DNA of 64,000 bases, taken from NCBI GenBank assembly GCA_010909165.1, contig MU008164.1:806001-870000 (forward strand). The letters run 5' to 3'. Positions 37,001-50,147 of the stretch are shown here, one piece after another. Source of the stretch: Anthoceros angustus. Lineage: Eukaryota; Plantae; Anthocerotophyta. The translations under genes were made by a program, and so were the position numbers. Every line of letters starts with the position of its first letter. Positions within the stretch are counted from its first letter, which is position 1. The notes under the pieces were generated by a model that was given only the letters and a program-made list of their open reading frames with translations, was not told where the DNA came from and ran no database searches.

Positions 37001-39497
37001 TGTTCCTCCTGAGTGAGAACAGGTGGATAGGTTATATGGGTGGAAAGCCTGTCCAAATAAGCCAATCAAAGATGCTTTCAATCAACAGACACAAGATGTG
37101 AAGAAAGAATTTGAGACTCGACTGACCCAAGTATGTTGCATCACCTCCTATCTAGGATTTTGGTGTGTTGGAGTTGCTATTATTTGGGAGGTGCTTGCTC
37201 TGTTGAGTGACCTCTAGTTCAGGAATAATTGCAGCCGCTTTGACTTGTTGATGAAATCTTTTAGTGTCGTCAATGTCACGGAATTCCACTCTTTTGCAGA
37301 TTGTCACACAGCTGAAAGAGCAGGGGCTGAACTCCGAGTTGTACTACAGGAACAAAGAAATTCGGAAGTTTATAAGCATTGTTCCTACAAGCGCAATCAG
37401 GTTGGCCACAGAACTTTGGGAAAGTGTTGGGCAAATATTCTCATCTCTCAGTTGATGCCCCACCCGTTCTTTAACTGGAATTCTCCTTCCATGGTTGGCA
37501 GTGGAGAAGGTGTCCCCGATATTCTCATGTTGTTGATACAGTTAACACAGAAGATGATGGAGGACAAGCTCATGTACATCAGTGAAGTGCAGGTGGGTTC
37601 TGGTTTTCCAACATGAGCTTGCCTGTTCTCTGAGATTTCTCTGCGTTGTGAAGAAAACCACTGGAAATTTAATGTGCTTTTACATGTGTATATTGCAGTG
37701 TACCGTTTTGGAGGTGAAGGTGGTAGAGGGATTGGGCACAACTATTGATGTCATTCTGGTGAACGGTGTCCTCCATGAAGGAGATCAGATTGTTGTGTGT
37801 GGAATGCAGGTGAGAGTTTGACCAAGTTTTGCTCCTTCGTGGGTAGACAAGTTATTACCCCAGGTATTCCGAACATCTTCTGGTGGTGCTGACTTTAGTC
37901 TGTATAATCCTCAGGAGCCCATCGTCACGACAATTAGAGCTTTGTTAACCCCACACCCGATGAAGGAGCTCCGAGTGAAGGTGAGTGACGTCAGCCCGGT
38001 GGATTGTAATCAGAGGAGTTACATCAACTGTGTATGGTCATAATGACCTCATGGTGCAGAGAAGAGTTGTCTTCTCACTCTCTCAGGGTGACTCTCTTGT
38101 TCTGTGTGGCAGGGATCATACCAGCATCACAAGGAGTTGAAAGCAGCTCAAGGAATCAAATTAACAGCTCAGGTGCGTGAATCCTATATTTTTACTGGAG
38201 GGGTGGTGTTATGTATCATGTTTGGTTCGTTGTTTCTTGCTAGGTTCTCTTCTCTGTACGTTGTCCAGTGTGCAAGATTTCATCTCGTCTGAGTTTTTTT
38301 TTTAACTTGCAATGTAGGGCCTTGAGCATGCAATAGCTGGCACTCAATTATATGTTGTTGGACCGGAGGATGACCTTGAAGATGTAAAGGAGGAAGCTAT
38401 GCAGGATATGAAGAGTGTCATGAGTCGCATTGACAAAAGTGGGGAGGGCGTGTGTGTACAAGCATCTACCCTTGGGTCATTGGAAGCCCTGTTGGAGTTT
38501 TTGAAGAGTCCTAGTGTGAAGATTCCTGTCAGTGGCATTGGCATTGGACCTGTCCATAAGAAAGATGTCATGCGGGCCAGTGTCATGCTTGAGAGAAAAC
38601 GGAAGGAGTATGCAACCATTCTGGCGTTTGATGTGAAGGTTACTCCTGAAGCAAAGGAGCTGGCAGAGGAATATGGTGTGAAGATCTTTATGGCAGATAT
38701 CATATACCACTTGTTTGATCAGTTTACAGCTTATATGAACAGTGTGAAGGAAGAGAAGCGGAAGGAGTCAGCTGAAGAAGCAGTGTTCCCATGTATTCTT
38801 GAAATTCTCCCACAGTGTGTTTTCAACAAGAAGGACCCTATTGTGGTTGGCGTGAACGTGGTGGAAGGCATTGCAAAAGTGAGTGGTCTTCGTGCTTCAC
38901 CTCACATTCTCTTGGCTGTCATTTGAGATGAACTCTGCCGAAGTTCGACCATTTGACATTCTGTGTATGTTTGTGTGGCAGGTTGGGACACCATTATGTG
39001 TGCCTTCCAAAGAATACATTGCCATAGGGAAGATAGCCTCAATTGAAGTTAATCACAAAGATGTGGACACAGCCAAGAAGGGTCAAAGTGTGGCCATGAA
39101 GGTTAGGAACCTTCCCTTGTTGAAGCGGTTTGGTTTTGTTGCTCTTTTGGTATTTGTAGTGTACTGAATCTTCGACCTGTCTTGTTGTCTGTCAGATTGT
39201 AGGAACCAATGCAGAGGAGACGCAAAAAATGGTGGGAAGGCATTTCTTTGTTGAAGACAATCTTGTCAGCACCTTGACAAGGAATTCAATCGACCTACTT
39301 AAGGAAAACTACAGGGTAAGAGGAGACTCATGGTATCTTGTAGGCTTATTACAGTACCTATTGGGTTGCGGTATACAGTGCCGTTAATGGTGTTGCCGCT
39401 GATGAGACATATCACACTGGATGCGTTTCAGGATGATTTGTCTAATGAAGACTGGAGGCTGGTGGTAAAGCTTAAAAAGCTTTTCGAGATTCCTTGA
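34090..39497 (+). CDS. eIF5B: Eukaryotic translation initiation factor 5B
   Basis: Long charged N-terminus, G-domain [65 protein letters not shown]|[52 protein letters not shown], and a last exon [21 protein letters not shown]. Confidence 0.96.
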
Positions 39498-39890
39498 CGA
39501 CATGACATGAAGTTGCAATTGTGGTGATCAAACTTAGGGGATGTCAGCAAGCTGACTACATGAGTGCTTTGATAAACGTGTGCTAATGCGCACAGCAAGC
39601 CAACCTTATCGCTTGTCACGTAATACCTGATCAGGTAATCCGTTTTTCCGTGATGGTTTTATGGTGATCATTCTCCCACGAGTCAGTAACTAACGTAGTT
39701 ATTTCTTGCCAGGTTCAACACGAGTATCCGCGTTTTGTGATCATGAGTTTTATTGAAATAAACCCAATTGTCTCGGCTCAATTTGAGGTTGGCTGTATCT
39801 GAAGAGGCTATACTAACCTTGTCCGACACTTTGCCGCTCGAGGAAGGGCAAGATCACAAGGTGGGATGGATGCTCTTCAGAGATGCTGGT

Positions 39891-42800
39891 CTATGTCCAG
39901 GCTTTTGAAGGCTCCTCATGTGTAGAAGCGTTGTGACGTTGCCTTATGGCAGGGAATCGGGAGCATCTAAATACCTCCGCCACAGCTCTACGCTGCAATG
40001 TCAGACATAACGGATTTAATTATAATTTATTTTTTGTCAACTCAAGTTTTGATAGCAGCGCATCGGTGCTGCGACTTACCTTGTAAAGCTCCCATCCGCA
40101 GGCCTTCTTGTACTTCTTGTACATATTATCACCTTTATCGAATTCCTGGGCATAACCAACGTCGTGAGGCGGGTTCGGTCGTGCTGTGTTTGCCCGCAAG
40201 CTTCTATTATGGTTTAACAGCTGCAAATGGACGTACAAATGAAGTGAAAGCTATAAAGTTACATGAGAAGAAAAGCAATCCATGAGGTCCTTGTCCAGAT
40301 GCCTGTGAAAGTCCCACTTGTTCAAGACCAACACATCTACTGGTGTCACGGAAACAATACTTGCGGCCCTCGTCGTTTTGTAGTAAAGGCTCATCTGCAT
40401 TCGTATCATGGCGTTCTTAGAGCAAAAACTGAACAGATTAGCCCACAACTGGACCTGACCAGTTTCTCACCTCACCAAAGTACTGGCCGGCATGTAACTG
40501 CCCGATGTCCAACACTGAGGTTCCCTGCAGACAGGCTTGATCAGTAGTCTATAAGCTCAGGCACATTTCACCAAGAAAACTAAAAGCTCAGACGGCAGAG
40601 TTAGAAGAAGCTTCCTTCACAGTCGGAAAAAAAGGAGTACCTCGGCAAATGCGCTGGCCCGATGATCATGGAGGTTAAACTTTCCAGATGATGCACTGAT
40701 GGCCCGCGCCGCTCCCAGAATCCTTTGCACCTGACGTGCTTCGAGTAGCATCTTCTCAGCCATCACGCTCCGTTCCCTGGATATCACTCTCTTCACCCAT
40801 TTCTCAAACTTCGCACTTGTTGTGCTGTGCCAAAATTGTTGCTGCCTGTCGGAAAAGTCAAGGTCATGGCAAAAATGCATATACTGCCTTTTTCTAAGCT
40901 CTCGCACAAATGCTGTCAGTGAGGTTTTCTTGAAGTCCAGACTTTTCTTCTTGGACCTCCTCTGTGTTGACAGCCTCCACTCCGATGCCGACACGATTTT
41001 GTCCTCGAATAGCAGAGAGTTGGGTTCAGGTTGCTTAAGGACTGCTCCCACCTGACTCTTGAATTTCGGGACCCCGGATAGTGGTGGTATCGGTATGACA
41101 GCAGCTGCTTCAGTGGAGAAAGAGACTTTGCGCGGCTGAAGAGATGGGCGTCGTTGCTGTATCTCAGAAGCCGTATCCGAGACCTCGCTTGGTGCTGGGC
41201 CAATACTAGACTCCGGGCGATCAACTAGCTCTTTCGGAATACCCTCTGGTTTCACAGTGGAATCCTTCCTTAGGTCCACATTGAACGCGCTGCACAAACA
41301 TGCAAAGGATCACTCAGAGGTGCCATGTGACCACCTGAGGCTGCAATATGCACCACTCTTCCGTATTGCAGACGAAGAACGGTCGCACTGGAGACTACTA
41401 GCAGAGGGAACACTCCTCCGGCTAATGCCTACCTGATGGCATAAAACTGAAAAGTATAGGAGGAGGTCAGACATGGCTTTAGAGGGTAATGTGGATGCCC
41501 GTGATAGTCGCTGGGAAGCTCTGGCTGCAATTTGCACTTTGAGTGGGGCATGGTGACTCGAGAGTCTCTGCTGGCGAGGATGCCACCACGTCTTCAGTTG
41601 TATGTTGTCCTGGTGGACTGTTGGCCTGTCCAGACATTAGCAGACGAAGGTCCGATTGGTGAGGTCACAGAAAGAGGGATGGACAAACATGAGAACGTTG
41701 CACATCTTAGAGATGTTGCACCTTACTGGGGAGATAAGCTGGCAACACGAGGGATCATGATTGCATTTTTGTGTGCGTTGAAAATTTCCATGACCACCTG
41801 CACAAGTGCAATTCGAAGTCCTCAACTCTACCGAAACCTATTGAAATCCATGCACGTAATTTTTAACCGTATATTGCAAGGAAAGAAAGCGCAAGGATGC
41901 TGACCCGACACTCTCCATACTTCACGAAATACATCTCATCAGCATCTTCTCCTTGTAGAGTAATCACTGCAATGGCCGAATACCTAGCTGAAGTTCAGAT
42001 ATCATCTCGGTAGAAGAGCATCCCTTGCAGATAAAGCCACTCACCTCTATTTTTAGGGAAAGAGCGAGGAGTGAGAACTTGAGCAAGTCTCTGCAAGCTC
42101 ACCAATGGCAGCTTTCGGAGTTCAGGAATGCTCTGCACATAGAAAGGAGTTCATACAGTAAGCTAGGAAACAACAGGTAACTAGGAGCGCTAAGAAAGGA
42201 GAACAGAAAGATGCATTGGCTACTTACTTGCAAAAACTTGACCCTCTCCGTAATTTCTTCAGATTCAGTGAACTTGAGTATCGCGTCGAAGTCAGCCTTC
42301 GTCAATATTAACAGCTCACACTGTAATTCAAAGCACAATCAAGCCCAGGATAATGATCACTTAGCGACTTCAAAGAGCTTAACAAGTAGAATTCAATCTC
42401 TTTGCATACGCATTTCTTGCCATTGACAGATGGAGCATGTACCTTCTCTTTGGTTGTTACAGTAGCGGTCCTGCAACCCAACGCCCACATAACATTACGT
42501 TGACGACAGATGCTTTAAGCTGAACTGGAATGCATCGTCGGGCAGCTCATGATTACCTGAGGTTATTGTCATTGAGGAGTGCAAGCTCACCAAAACTATC
42601 ACCCGAATATAGCACCGCCACAACCTGCGGAGGAGTGCCCTCCTTGGCATCTTCCTTGGCGATAGTCACCTGGTCAGGTAATTGACCACACTACTCAGAT
42701 GCTGCTTCCCCAATCAGACTGAGGAAGACAAGACCACAACAGATCCCGTGAAGAAAAGTATAGCTTATAGATGTCAATCCGTGGAATCTCTTGTAGCATC

Positions 42801-43330
42801 ATCTTCCTTAGCGATACAGACAGCTAGCACCAGAAGGATGCTACAGTTTCACTCCAAGAGCTTCATGCATAAAAAGGAGTTGACGCTTGGTACCACGACA
42901 GATCCCGTGAATATGATATAAAAGGTTTTGCCAATCTCTTTCTCCCTGAAAACTGCCAGCACCAGTCAGGAACGAAATATGAGAAAAATGCCGAATGGAA
43001 GATCCATAGTGGCAACAAGCGGAACAGAACTTAAAAACTGTCTCAGCCGGCATTATGCCAATCCTGGCTCTACCTACCAACTGTGTCTTCTGGTACCTCC
43101 TGATAAGTCAGGTGCTTGCAAACCTGCGTACAACAGGTCACAAAGAGGCCTTATACCCAAATCCCGCCTGGAGTTCATCTTGTGATTTCCTGACAGTAGG
43201 CAAGAAGCTATCCGGAGGCGTCACAATTAATCTTGCCTCAAGACGCTTGATCAGCGGAAGATCGCTGATCAGCTTGCTGTGCGAAACTGTTTCCTCCAAG
43301 ATATAAAGCTCGCTGTTTGTTCTATCCTCT
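39891..43330 (-). CDS. Protein with two cyclic-nucleotide-binding domains (CNBD2-like architecture); 5' start uncertain
   Basis: Spliced exons read (R)PEDRTNSELYILEE...KRLE|VCKHLTYQEVPEDTV|VFREKEIGKTFYIIFTGSVV|VTIAKE...LYSGDSFGELALLNDNNLR|TATVTTKEK|CELLILTKADFDAIL. A second domain reads VITLQGEDADEMYFVKYGECR ... AE|MSLYYKTTRAASIVSVTPVDVLVLNKWDFHRHL. The terminal exon is tentative. Confidence 0.72.
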
Positions 43331-44149
43331 GGCCTTCAATCCGAAATGTCCAATCCACAATGCGTCAGTGTCCAGACATGCCGGAGATACCACGATTGGA
43401 CAGCATATTGCTGGTTGTACCAACTTTTTGATGAACACTTTCCGCCGGTTCTCAGTGCGGTAATGTGCCACACCCCGCCATCCTTGCAGGATCGGATTTT
43501 CCTATCAAGGTCGAAAATCCGGGACACCAAGCAGACTATCATGCCCTATCCCGGCCAGTCTGCAAACCACCTGAATTCAAGAATGCAAGAGCTACAAATG
43601 CCGTACCATGCCACAGCGTTGGCAGCAATCTCACAGCACCCTGGCAACGCAGCTCTACAAGGACCCACACAAGCTTGCTGCAACCTCCCGGCTGGCGCAT
43701 CCGCTCCAAAACGTCTGGAACCTTTTCCAACAAAACTTCCGCCAACACTCCCTGGGTTTCAAAGATCAAACGACCCCTCACGTCGATGCAAACCGCAACA
43801 AGAGCCTTGCCATACTCTCTGCATTGCCTCGCCGCAAGAGGGATCAAAAAGAGTGTTCAGTCGATGCGGGAATCTCTGCGACTTTTGCCCTTCCCATGAA
43901 GCGTCAGCTGCAGCTCCAACGGTCCAACCGGCGAATTTCCCTGTCGGTTATGATCCTACGAATTCACACTTGAACATTTTCCAGCACCTCCATTCCCTAC
44001 TGTCCAAATGGCTTAGGCCAAATGGACACACATTTAAGAACGCCGTGATTAAGCATCCTGAGCTTAGTCGGTACTTAGATGGGGTGCCTGAAGGGAGTGG
44101 ATGCCCTTGGTGTAAGTAGCTTAGGCACACCATGGTAACACAACGTCAG

Positions 44150-44395
44150 GGGCGGGGTTGGCCTCCCCTTTCTAGTGTCATGGCATATTTCAGGCAACGG
44201 GTTTCTATCGCCCTGCAAAGGGCATTGGCCAATACCATCTTTAAGTCGATCACTCAACATCTTGGGACGGTTGGGGATTATAGAATAGGTGGGGATTATA
44301 TAGAATAGGTTTCTATCGCCCTGCAAAGGGCATTGGCCAATACCATGTTTAGGTCGATCACTCAACATCTTGGGAGGTTGGGGATTATAGAATAG
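44150..44395 (+). mobile_element. Possible 3'-end remnant of a non-LTR retrotransposon, with an internal ~90 bp direct repeat
   Basis: Reads GVGLPFSSVMAYFRQRVSIALQRALANTIF, resembling the FxQRxSxALQR C-terminal motif of CRE-like REL-endonuclease non-LTR elements. 44200-44288 is repeated at 44308-44394. Confidence 0.4.
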
Positions 44396-44896
44396 ATTAG
44401 TGTGGGGGCACGTCCACCCGGCACGTCCCCCGACCTGTGCCCCGTCGTGGGTTGTCCCCTTTCGGGGTATATGGGATTTCCCATCTCGTTCTTTTTTATT
44501 AAGTCTCCACATCTACCTAAAAAACCAGAAACTTAGACAGTGTCGCGGGAACCTAAGTGTCAGAAACGGCATACCATAGGCATCCCTTCCCAGTTCGGAA
44601 ACGCAGAATCCACGTGGTGAATGCCTTGGTCTCCAAATAGACAAAATGTCATGAGTCCAAAGCGCCGTCTTTGAGAGCAGCTGGGTCATGAGCATTGATG
44701 CCTGGCGAGCTGCTGATGTGTATGTAGATTGGCGCGTGAGGCGCAATCAGCAGCGGAAGTGGAATGCACTGCTGAAAAGCGAAGAGCTCGGGCTGGTAGA
44801 GATCGGTGCTCGTGTGTTTGTGCTTGGAACCGGGCGTGTCCATGATTTGTCTTCAGGTGTATTGCAATCGTAGGAGGAGAGGAGACGGCTGTGCTC

Positions 44897-47108
44897 ATGG
44901 GGAAGCCGGTGGACAGCCACAGTGGCGTCTCCCGGCAGAAGATTAGCTTCAAGCTGGGATCGCTGTTTTTCGTGATTGTGCTGGCGCTGTTCCTCTTCAT
45001 GTCCGTGTTCTCGTCCAGTTTCTCCTTGTCGGAGCGGTACATTGGGAGCGGATCCGGGTCTGACCTAAAGTTTGAGGGATTGCACCGGGGGGATGCTGTG
45101 GATGGAGATGAGGGCGAGGAGACGGAATCCAGCGGGGAGGAGGGCACCGGTTTGGACCTTCTGGCGAGCGTGGCAGGCTGTGCAGACAACAGAGGGGAAC
45201 GGCACGGTTGTCTGGTAAGAATGCGGGGGTTTGGTGCAGCGTGTGAAGAGGTTTTGTGACTCCATGTTTCCAGCTGGAGTTGATGTTCATGTGTGGATAG
45301 GTGATGCTTGTGGGGAGCAGATGGATGGACGTGTCTACTCCTACAGTCGAGGGGGCCCCTGGGCAGCCCTGATGAAGCAAGCCCGAGTGCAGGATCCTAC
45401 TCATGCTCACGGCTCTAATCTCCTCATTCTTCCATCAGGGGACCTGCTCTGTACGTGGTTCAGTGGTGTGGAAGGGGAAAATAATGTGGCCATTGTGAGT
45501 AGCTAAGGTTTGCAAGTATCTTTGGTGTTTGCAAGCTTTGGATACCGGTGCCTGCGTTCGCTTACTGATGGTGAAACATGGAGGTTTGCAGGTACTGGCT
45601 CGCCTGTCTCCAGAGTCGACAGAATGGACTGATCCGACAGTTGTCTCCGTAACCGAGGGACAGGCTGCTCAGAATCCGGTTCTGTTTTATGATGCTGAGG
45701 ATGATGTGCTCTTTCTGTACCATACCTCTCAGGTCCTAACCTACTCCTGCTTCTGAGGTTGTGTGACGGATGTTAGCTCAGTTCAGTACAATCCCTAAGA
45801 TGTTGATCACAACCATGCTGGTATGCAGGTAGCATCTCGCGGACAGGGAACCTCGCAAGTGTTGGAGTTGAGGTCTGCTGATAGAGGCTTTACGTGGAAG
45901 AGTCCAAGAATCGTATTCAAACAAAAGGTAGCTTCATGTTCGATAGATGTTGTTTCACATTGGGCTGCTGAGTAGACTGACTGACTGACGCAAGCAAGGT
46001 CTGACTGTAGGGTGTATATATCAGGAATCAGGTTGTGGTCCTGCCATCCAAGCGCTGGTTGATGCCCATGTACTACACACCTGGTAAGGTGGTAAGGCGA
46101 TTGGAAGTCCTCAGTTCTCTATTTTTATTCAGGTTATCCCAATCTGGCACTGTAATCTCAAGGTTGGGCATGTATGTTGCAGACGGTTATGGCCATTTTG
46201 AGACACATTATTCTGCCACTAAGCTCTCAAAGGATCGTGGAAAGACATGGAGAGAATACGGCATGACATATAAAGGTGAGGTCACAGGCATGAAGCTGTG
46301 AGATCTCCACATGTAATGAACGTGGGCCTTGTTCTGACTTGTGATTTCTGTAATGGCAGGTCAATGGCTTGTCCAGCCAAGTGTGGTTTTGGGAAAGAGG
46401 GGCTTGATAGCCTTTTTCAGTAACAGACATGCAGATTGGGTGTTCACCAGTGTGTCAGCAGATGAGGTTTGTTTTCACGTCTTGCATTTTCCGCTGGTTT
46501 TTCTTCTGTAGAAACTGGCGTTCTGAAATGACCCCTTGGAATGGCAGGGGCGGACATGGTCGCCAGCCCGGAAAACAGCTCTGCCCAGCAACAACAGCGG
46601 GTTGCAGGTCTGCCTTGTCAAGCCTGAACTGTTGAAATTCTATGCTGTAGGGATCGGCGTGTTGAAATTCTGTGTGTATCAGGGGCTCATAATCAGCAGC
46701 TGAATATGACAGGCCTTGATGCTGAGGAGTGGATCGCTGGTACTCGTTTTCAACAACCGGAGTGGAGCCAGGCGTTATCCGCTTTCCATTGCTCTCAGCG
46801 AAGATGAGGGCGTCACCTGGAGAGTCGTGAGAGATATCGAACCTGGCGACCCTGCAGAGGTAACGGTGAAAGTAGTTTTTGTCGACGCTGCAATTGCAGC
46901 TTCTGCTCCATTTTGACCCACTTGAATGATTTGTCGCTTGCAGCTCCCTCCCGACGGGGAGTATAGCTATCCCTCTGTCGTGCAGTCGCCTGATGAATTT
47001 ATCCATGTCAGCTACACTTACCTGCGGCAGACTATCAAATACATCCGAGTGAATGAAGATTGGATTTGCAAAGGTGGAACAGTTGGCGAATTTCTGGGAG
47101 GTCAATAG
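44897..47108 (+). CDS. Type II membrane-anchored BNR/Asp-box sialidase-fold (BNR_2-like) protein, multi-exon
   Basis: N-terminal TM (LGSLFFVIVLALFLFMSVF), HAHGSNLLILPSGDLLCTWFSG, AQNPVLF, four Asp-boxes (SADRGFTW, SKDRGKTW, SADE|GRTW, SEDEGVTW), LVQPSVV, LPSNNSGL, RYPLSIALS and GEYSYPSVVQ...IHVSYTYLRQTIKY. Confidence 0.85.
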
Positions 47109-47264
47109 TGGTGGACTGTTTATTACTGTGCACTGCCACTTTTAGATTAACATCAATGTGAGATGATAGTATCTGAACTGAATTCGTTTCAGCAAAAAGA
47201 ATGGGGGATAGTGTACAATGCACATTGCTTCCGGAAGGGCCCTGCACGTCTTCCAAGTTGTATG

Positions 47265-49113
47265 TCAGCCGTTATGCGCACGATGATCAATGACAAACTT
47301 TCGTAACCGATGCAAGGCAACATGCATTGTTTGATCATCTACCATGGCAAAGCATAGTCTGAACCAGCCAGGTTCCTTGCACCGGCAGGCACTTCCCGGA
47401 GTGACGTTCAGGCCCACATTATAGAGTAACTCCCTGAACAGACTCAGCTCGCCGTCTCTGTTCTTGATCCTTGGTAAGGGCCTTATCCAGCAAAAGAAGC
47501 CGGCATCACATTCTACAAATTCAATGCCAGCTTGCTGCAATCCGTGACGCACCACTCTCCAACGTTCCCTCAGTCTCCTCTGATTCTCCGGGATATAAGA
47601 TTTCACAAATTCCTTGTCCGAAAGGACAGAATGAAGAACCTGTTGTGTCTCGGTGGAGACCGAGCTGAACCGAGTCAACCTGCCTGCAGCATCAAGAACC
47701 TGTTGATTCCACGAATAAATGAGCCCCACCCGGAAACCTGGGATGCCAAGAACCTTCGACAGTCCATAAATTAGGTGAACTCTGCTCGCACACTGTGGCC
47801 GCTGGGTCACAAGCTTCGCAAAGCTGACAAACTTCGCACTCCCGTGTACGCAACCGGCGTAAATTTCATCACAGATGAGATGAATATCTTTCTCCCTCAC
47901 AAAATCCAGCAGCTGCAGAAGGTACTCCTCATCATACACTGTGCCGACAGGATTGCAAGGCGAAGTCATCAGCAAGGCCCTCACAGTCCTCCCCTGTTTC
48001 TTGGCCTCTTCGTACGCCTTCTCCAGCGAACCTTTGGTCAACAAAAAGTTGTTCTTGCTACTTGACTGGACTGGAATGAGTTCCACCTGACTTCGCCATT
48101 TGACATCCCTCTCAAACCTGAAACCGGCGACACAAAATAAGCACAGAGAAGTTGACAAAACACACACAAACAAAACCTTCTCAACAACTTTTCCAGCTAA
48201 GAAACCACTGCCGCGCACCCGCTGTACACTGGAGCAGGAACAAGGACCGCATTCCCAGCCTCTGCCAAGCAGAAAGCCAACAACTCGATGGCCGCGGTTG
48301 CCCCGGTGGTGACAACCATCCTATCCGCGTCAAAATGCAAGTTGCCGCCAAAAGCCTCGTCCATGAAGCTGGCCAGGGCCTGCAAGAGGGCATCGCCCGC
48401 AGGCAGTCAGCCACCAAAGCATGCGGCTTAACCAAACCTCGACCTTTACTCGCAATGCAGCTTACCGATCGGAAGATCGGAAGTCCATGGTACACATCGG
48501 GGTAGCCGGCTATGGCCGTAAAGCCGAGAATGCTCAGAACCTCCTCCGCGGGACCAGTACCATGGGAGGCGAACCACTGGTCCAGCAGACTCAGTGACAG
48601 CTGCCATCACACACAAAAACACACCATACTACATCAAAATCGCACCACATTCTCGTCCACCTTTGCAAGCACCGCACGAACGCAGGAACGCAGGCACGCA
48701 AACCCTAGCATCTACCCAGGCGCGCTTCCCGACGCCGGCCCGCTCACCGTGTTCTCAGACAAGCCAAGCTGGATGCAGCCGGCCGGGTTGCGCTGAGGGT
48801 GGAACGCGTTGCGGTTGGACTCCTCCCAGCCCTGGTAGTAGGCCGCCACCTCGGAGTCGGGCTGGAGGACGGCCACAGCCCGCGCCGCCACAGCCACGGA
48901 CGCATGCGAGTGCGCGTCCGAGCCCGGTCCTGCGTCGCGCGCTTCCTGCTCGTGATCCGGCGTCTGCTCCGGCTCCGCCGCCTGGACGTGGGACTGGCGG
49001 GATCGCCGCAGCCGCAGCTGCATGAAGTAAAAGAGCGCGCAGGGGATGATGGAGCCGAACACGATGCCCAGGCGGCCCTGGAGCACGCCTTGCAGCGGCA
49101 CGATCACGCGCAT
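47265..49113 (-). CDS. ACC-synthase-like PLP-dependent aminotransferase of the ACS10/ACS12 type
   Basis: N-terminal MRVIVPLQGVLQGRLGIVFGSIIPCALFYFMQL, then YYQGW...NPAGCIQLGLSEN, VVTTGATAAIELLAFCLAEAG...VPAPVY, SPCNPVG, ICDEIYAG, YGLSKVLGIPGFRVG, TRFSSVS, LNVTPGSAC and GWFRLCFA. Confidence 0.92.
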
Positions 49114-49623
49114 CCTGCTTCCTCCTGCTGTGCTCTTCCCTGCTGTGGCGCGGCCCTCTACTGTCACAGCATCACCATCTCATCCCGCTTCCTCCCCGGC
49201 CTGCCGCCTTGGCTGCCATGACGACTCCGCCGCCCCTCCAACGTTACATAGACAGCGTTGTGCGTCCACGGCAACTTCTCAAATCGGCCTCCATTCGAAG
49301 CCTACATATGCTCCCTTCCTTCGTTCTTTGTGTGTACGGTGTTAAATGACGGCCTTCTTAGAAATCCTAATTCCATCCCACATTCAAATAGGTAGGTACC
49401 TGTTCCTGCTCATGCGCAACAAGAAAACAAGATAGTTTGCTTCCTAATGCACTAGGTAACATATGGACAATGATATGCCTACTAGTTAGATCACTCAATA
49501 ATTAATGAACGGGGAGACTATATAAAAACGCACATATGGGAAGTCCATGTACATTGGGGCGATGGGGAACAACCTTCTAAAGGCCCCAGGCCAAGGGGAC
49601 TAGGCCCCCCCAACATCTACTTT

Positions 49624-49644
49624 GAAGAAGAAGAAGAAGAAGAA
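49624..49644. repeat. (GAA)7 microsatellite
   Basis: Directly visible. Confidence 0.9.
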
Positions 49645-50053
49645 TTTTATTTGAAGCTACCTACCGTTCCCAAGATGTCATAGTATGGAATAAGGAAGGG
49701 CCTTCTAACTACCAGAGCTAAAGATGCTACGTTTCCTGCGTTCGAAGCTGTCTAGAAAATTGCGTTTGCCAACGCCTTTTGCAAAACAATGGATACTCGT
49801 TGCCGGAAGAAGCCACCACACAAGAAAGAGGGAGACCTATCCTGTTCTTGCGGATATAGTATGCTTTAACACAAGCATAGATAAACCTCTAGAAGTCATT
49901 GTGAGTTTCAATAGCAAGGGGAATGAAAGCATGGCCTTCCTACAAGGGGGTGTACTTGCGAACCTTGCTTTAGTGCATCCCTCTGCCACCCAACCCGGAG
50001 GGTTGCTGATGACATGCTCGCTGACGGTATCCCGAGGTAGAGTCTGTTACAAC

Positions 50054-50147
50054 CATATCTGCAACAGAGACCTGGTCGTCCTGGGTCTAGAATAGGTCAA
50101 CATATCTACAACAGAGACCTGGTCCTCCTGGGTCTAGAATAGGTCAA
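50054..50147. repeat. Two tandem 47-bp units
   Basis: catatct(g/a)caacagagacctggtc(g/c)tcctgggtctagaataggtcaa occurs twice. Confidence 0.85.

Noticed and set aside
43346-44119. 257-aa plus-strand ORF and overlapping frames
   Set aside because: No recognisable domain. It may overlap the unresolved 5' region of the CNB gene, and I cannot support it as a gene.
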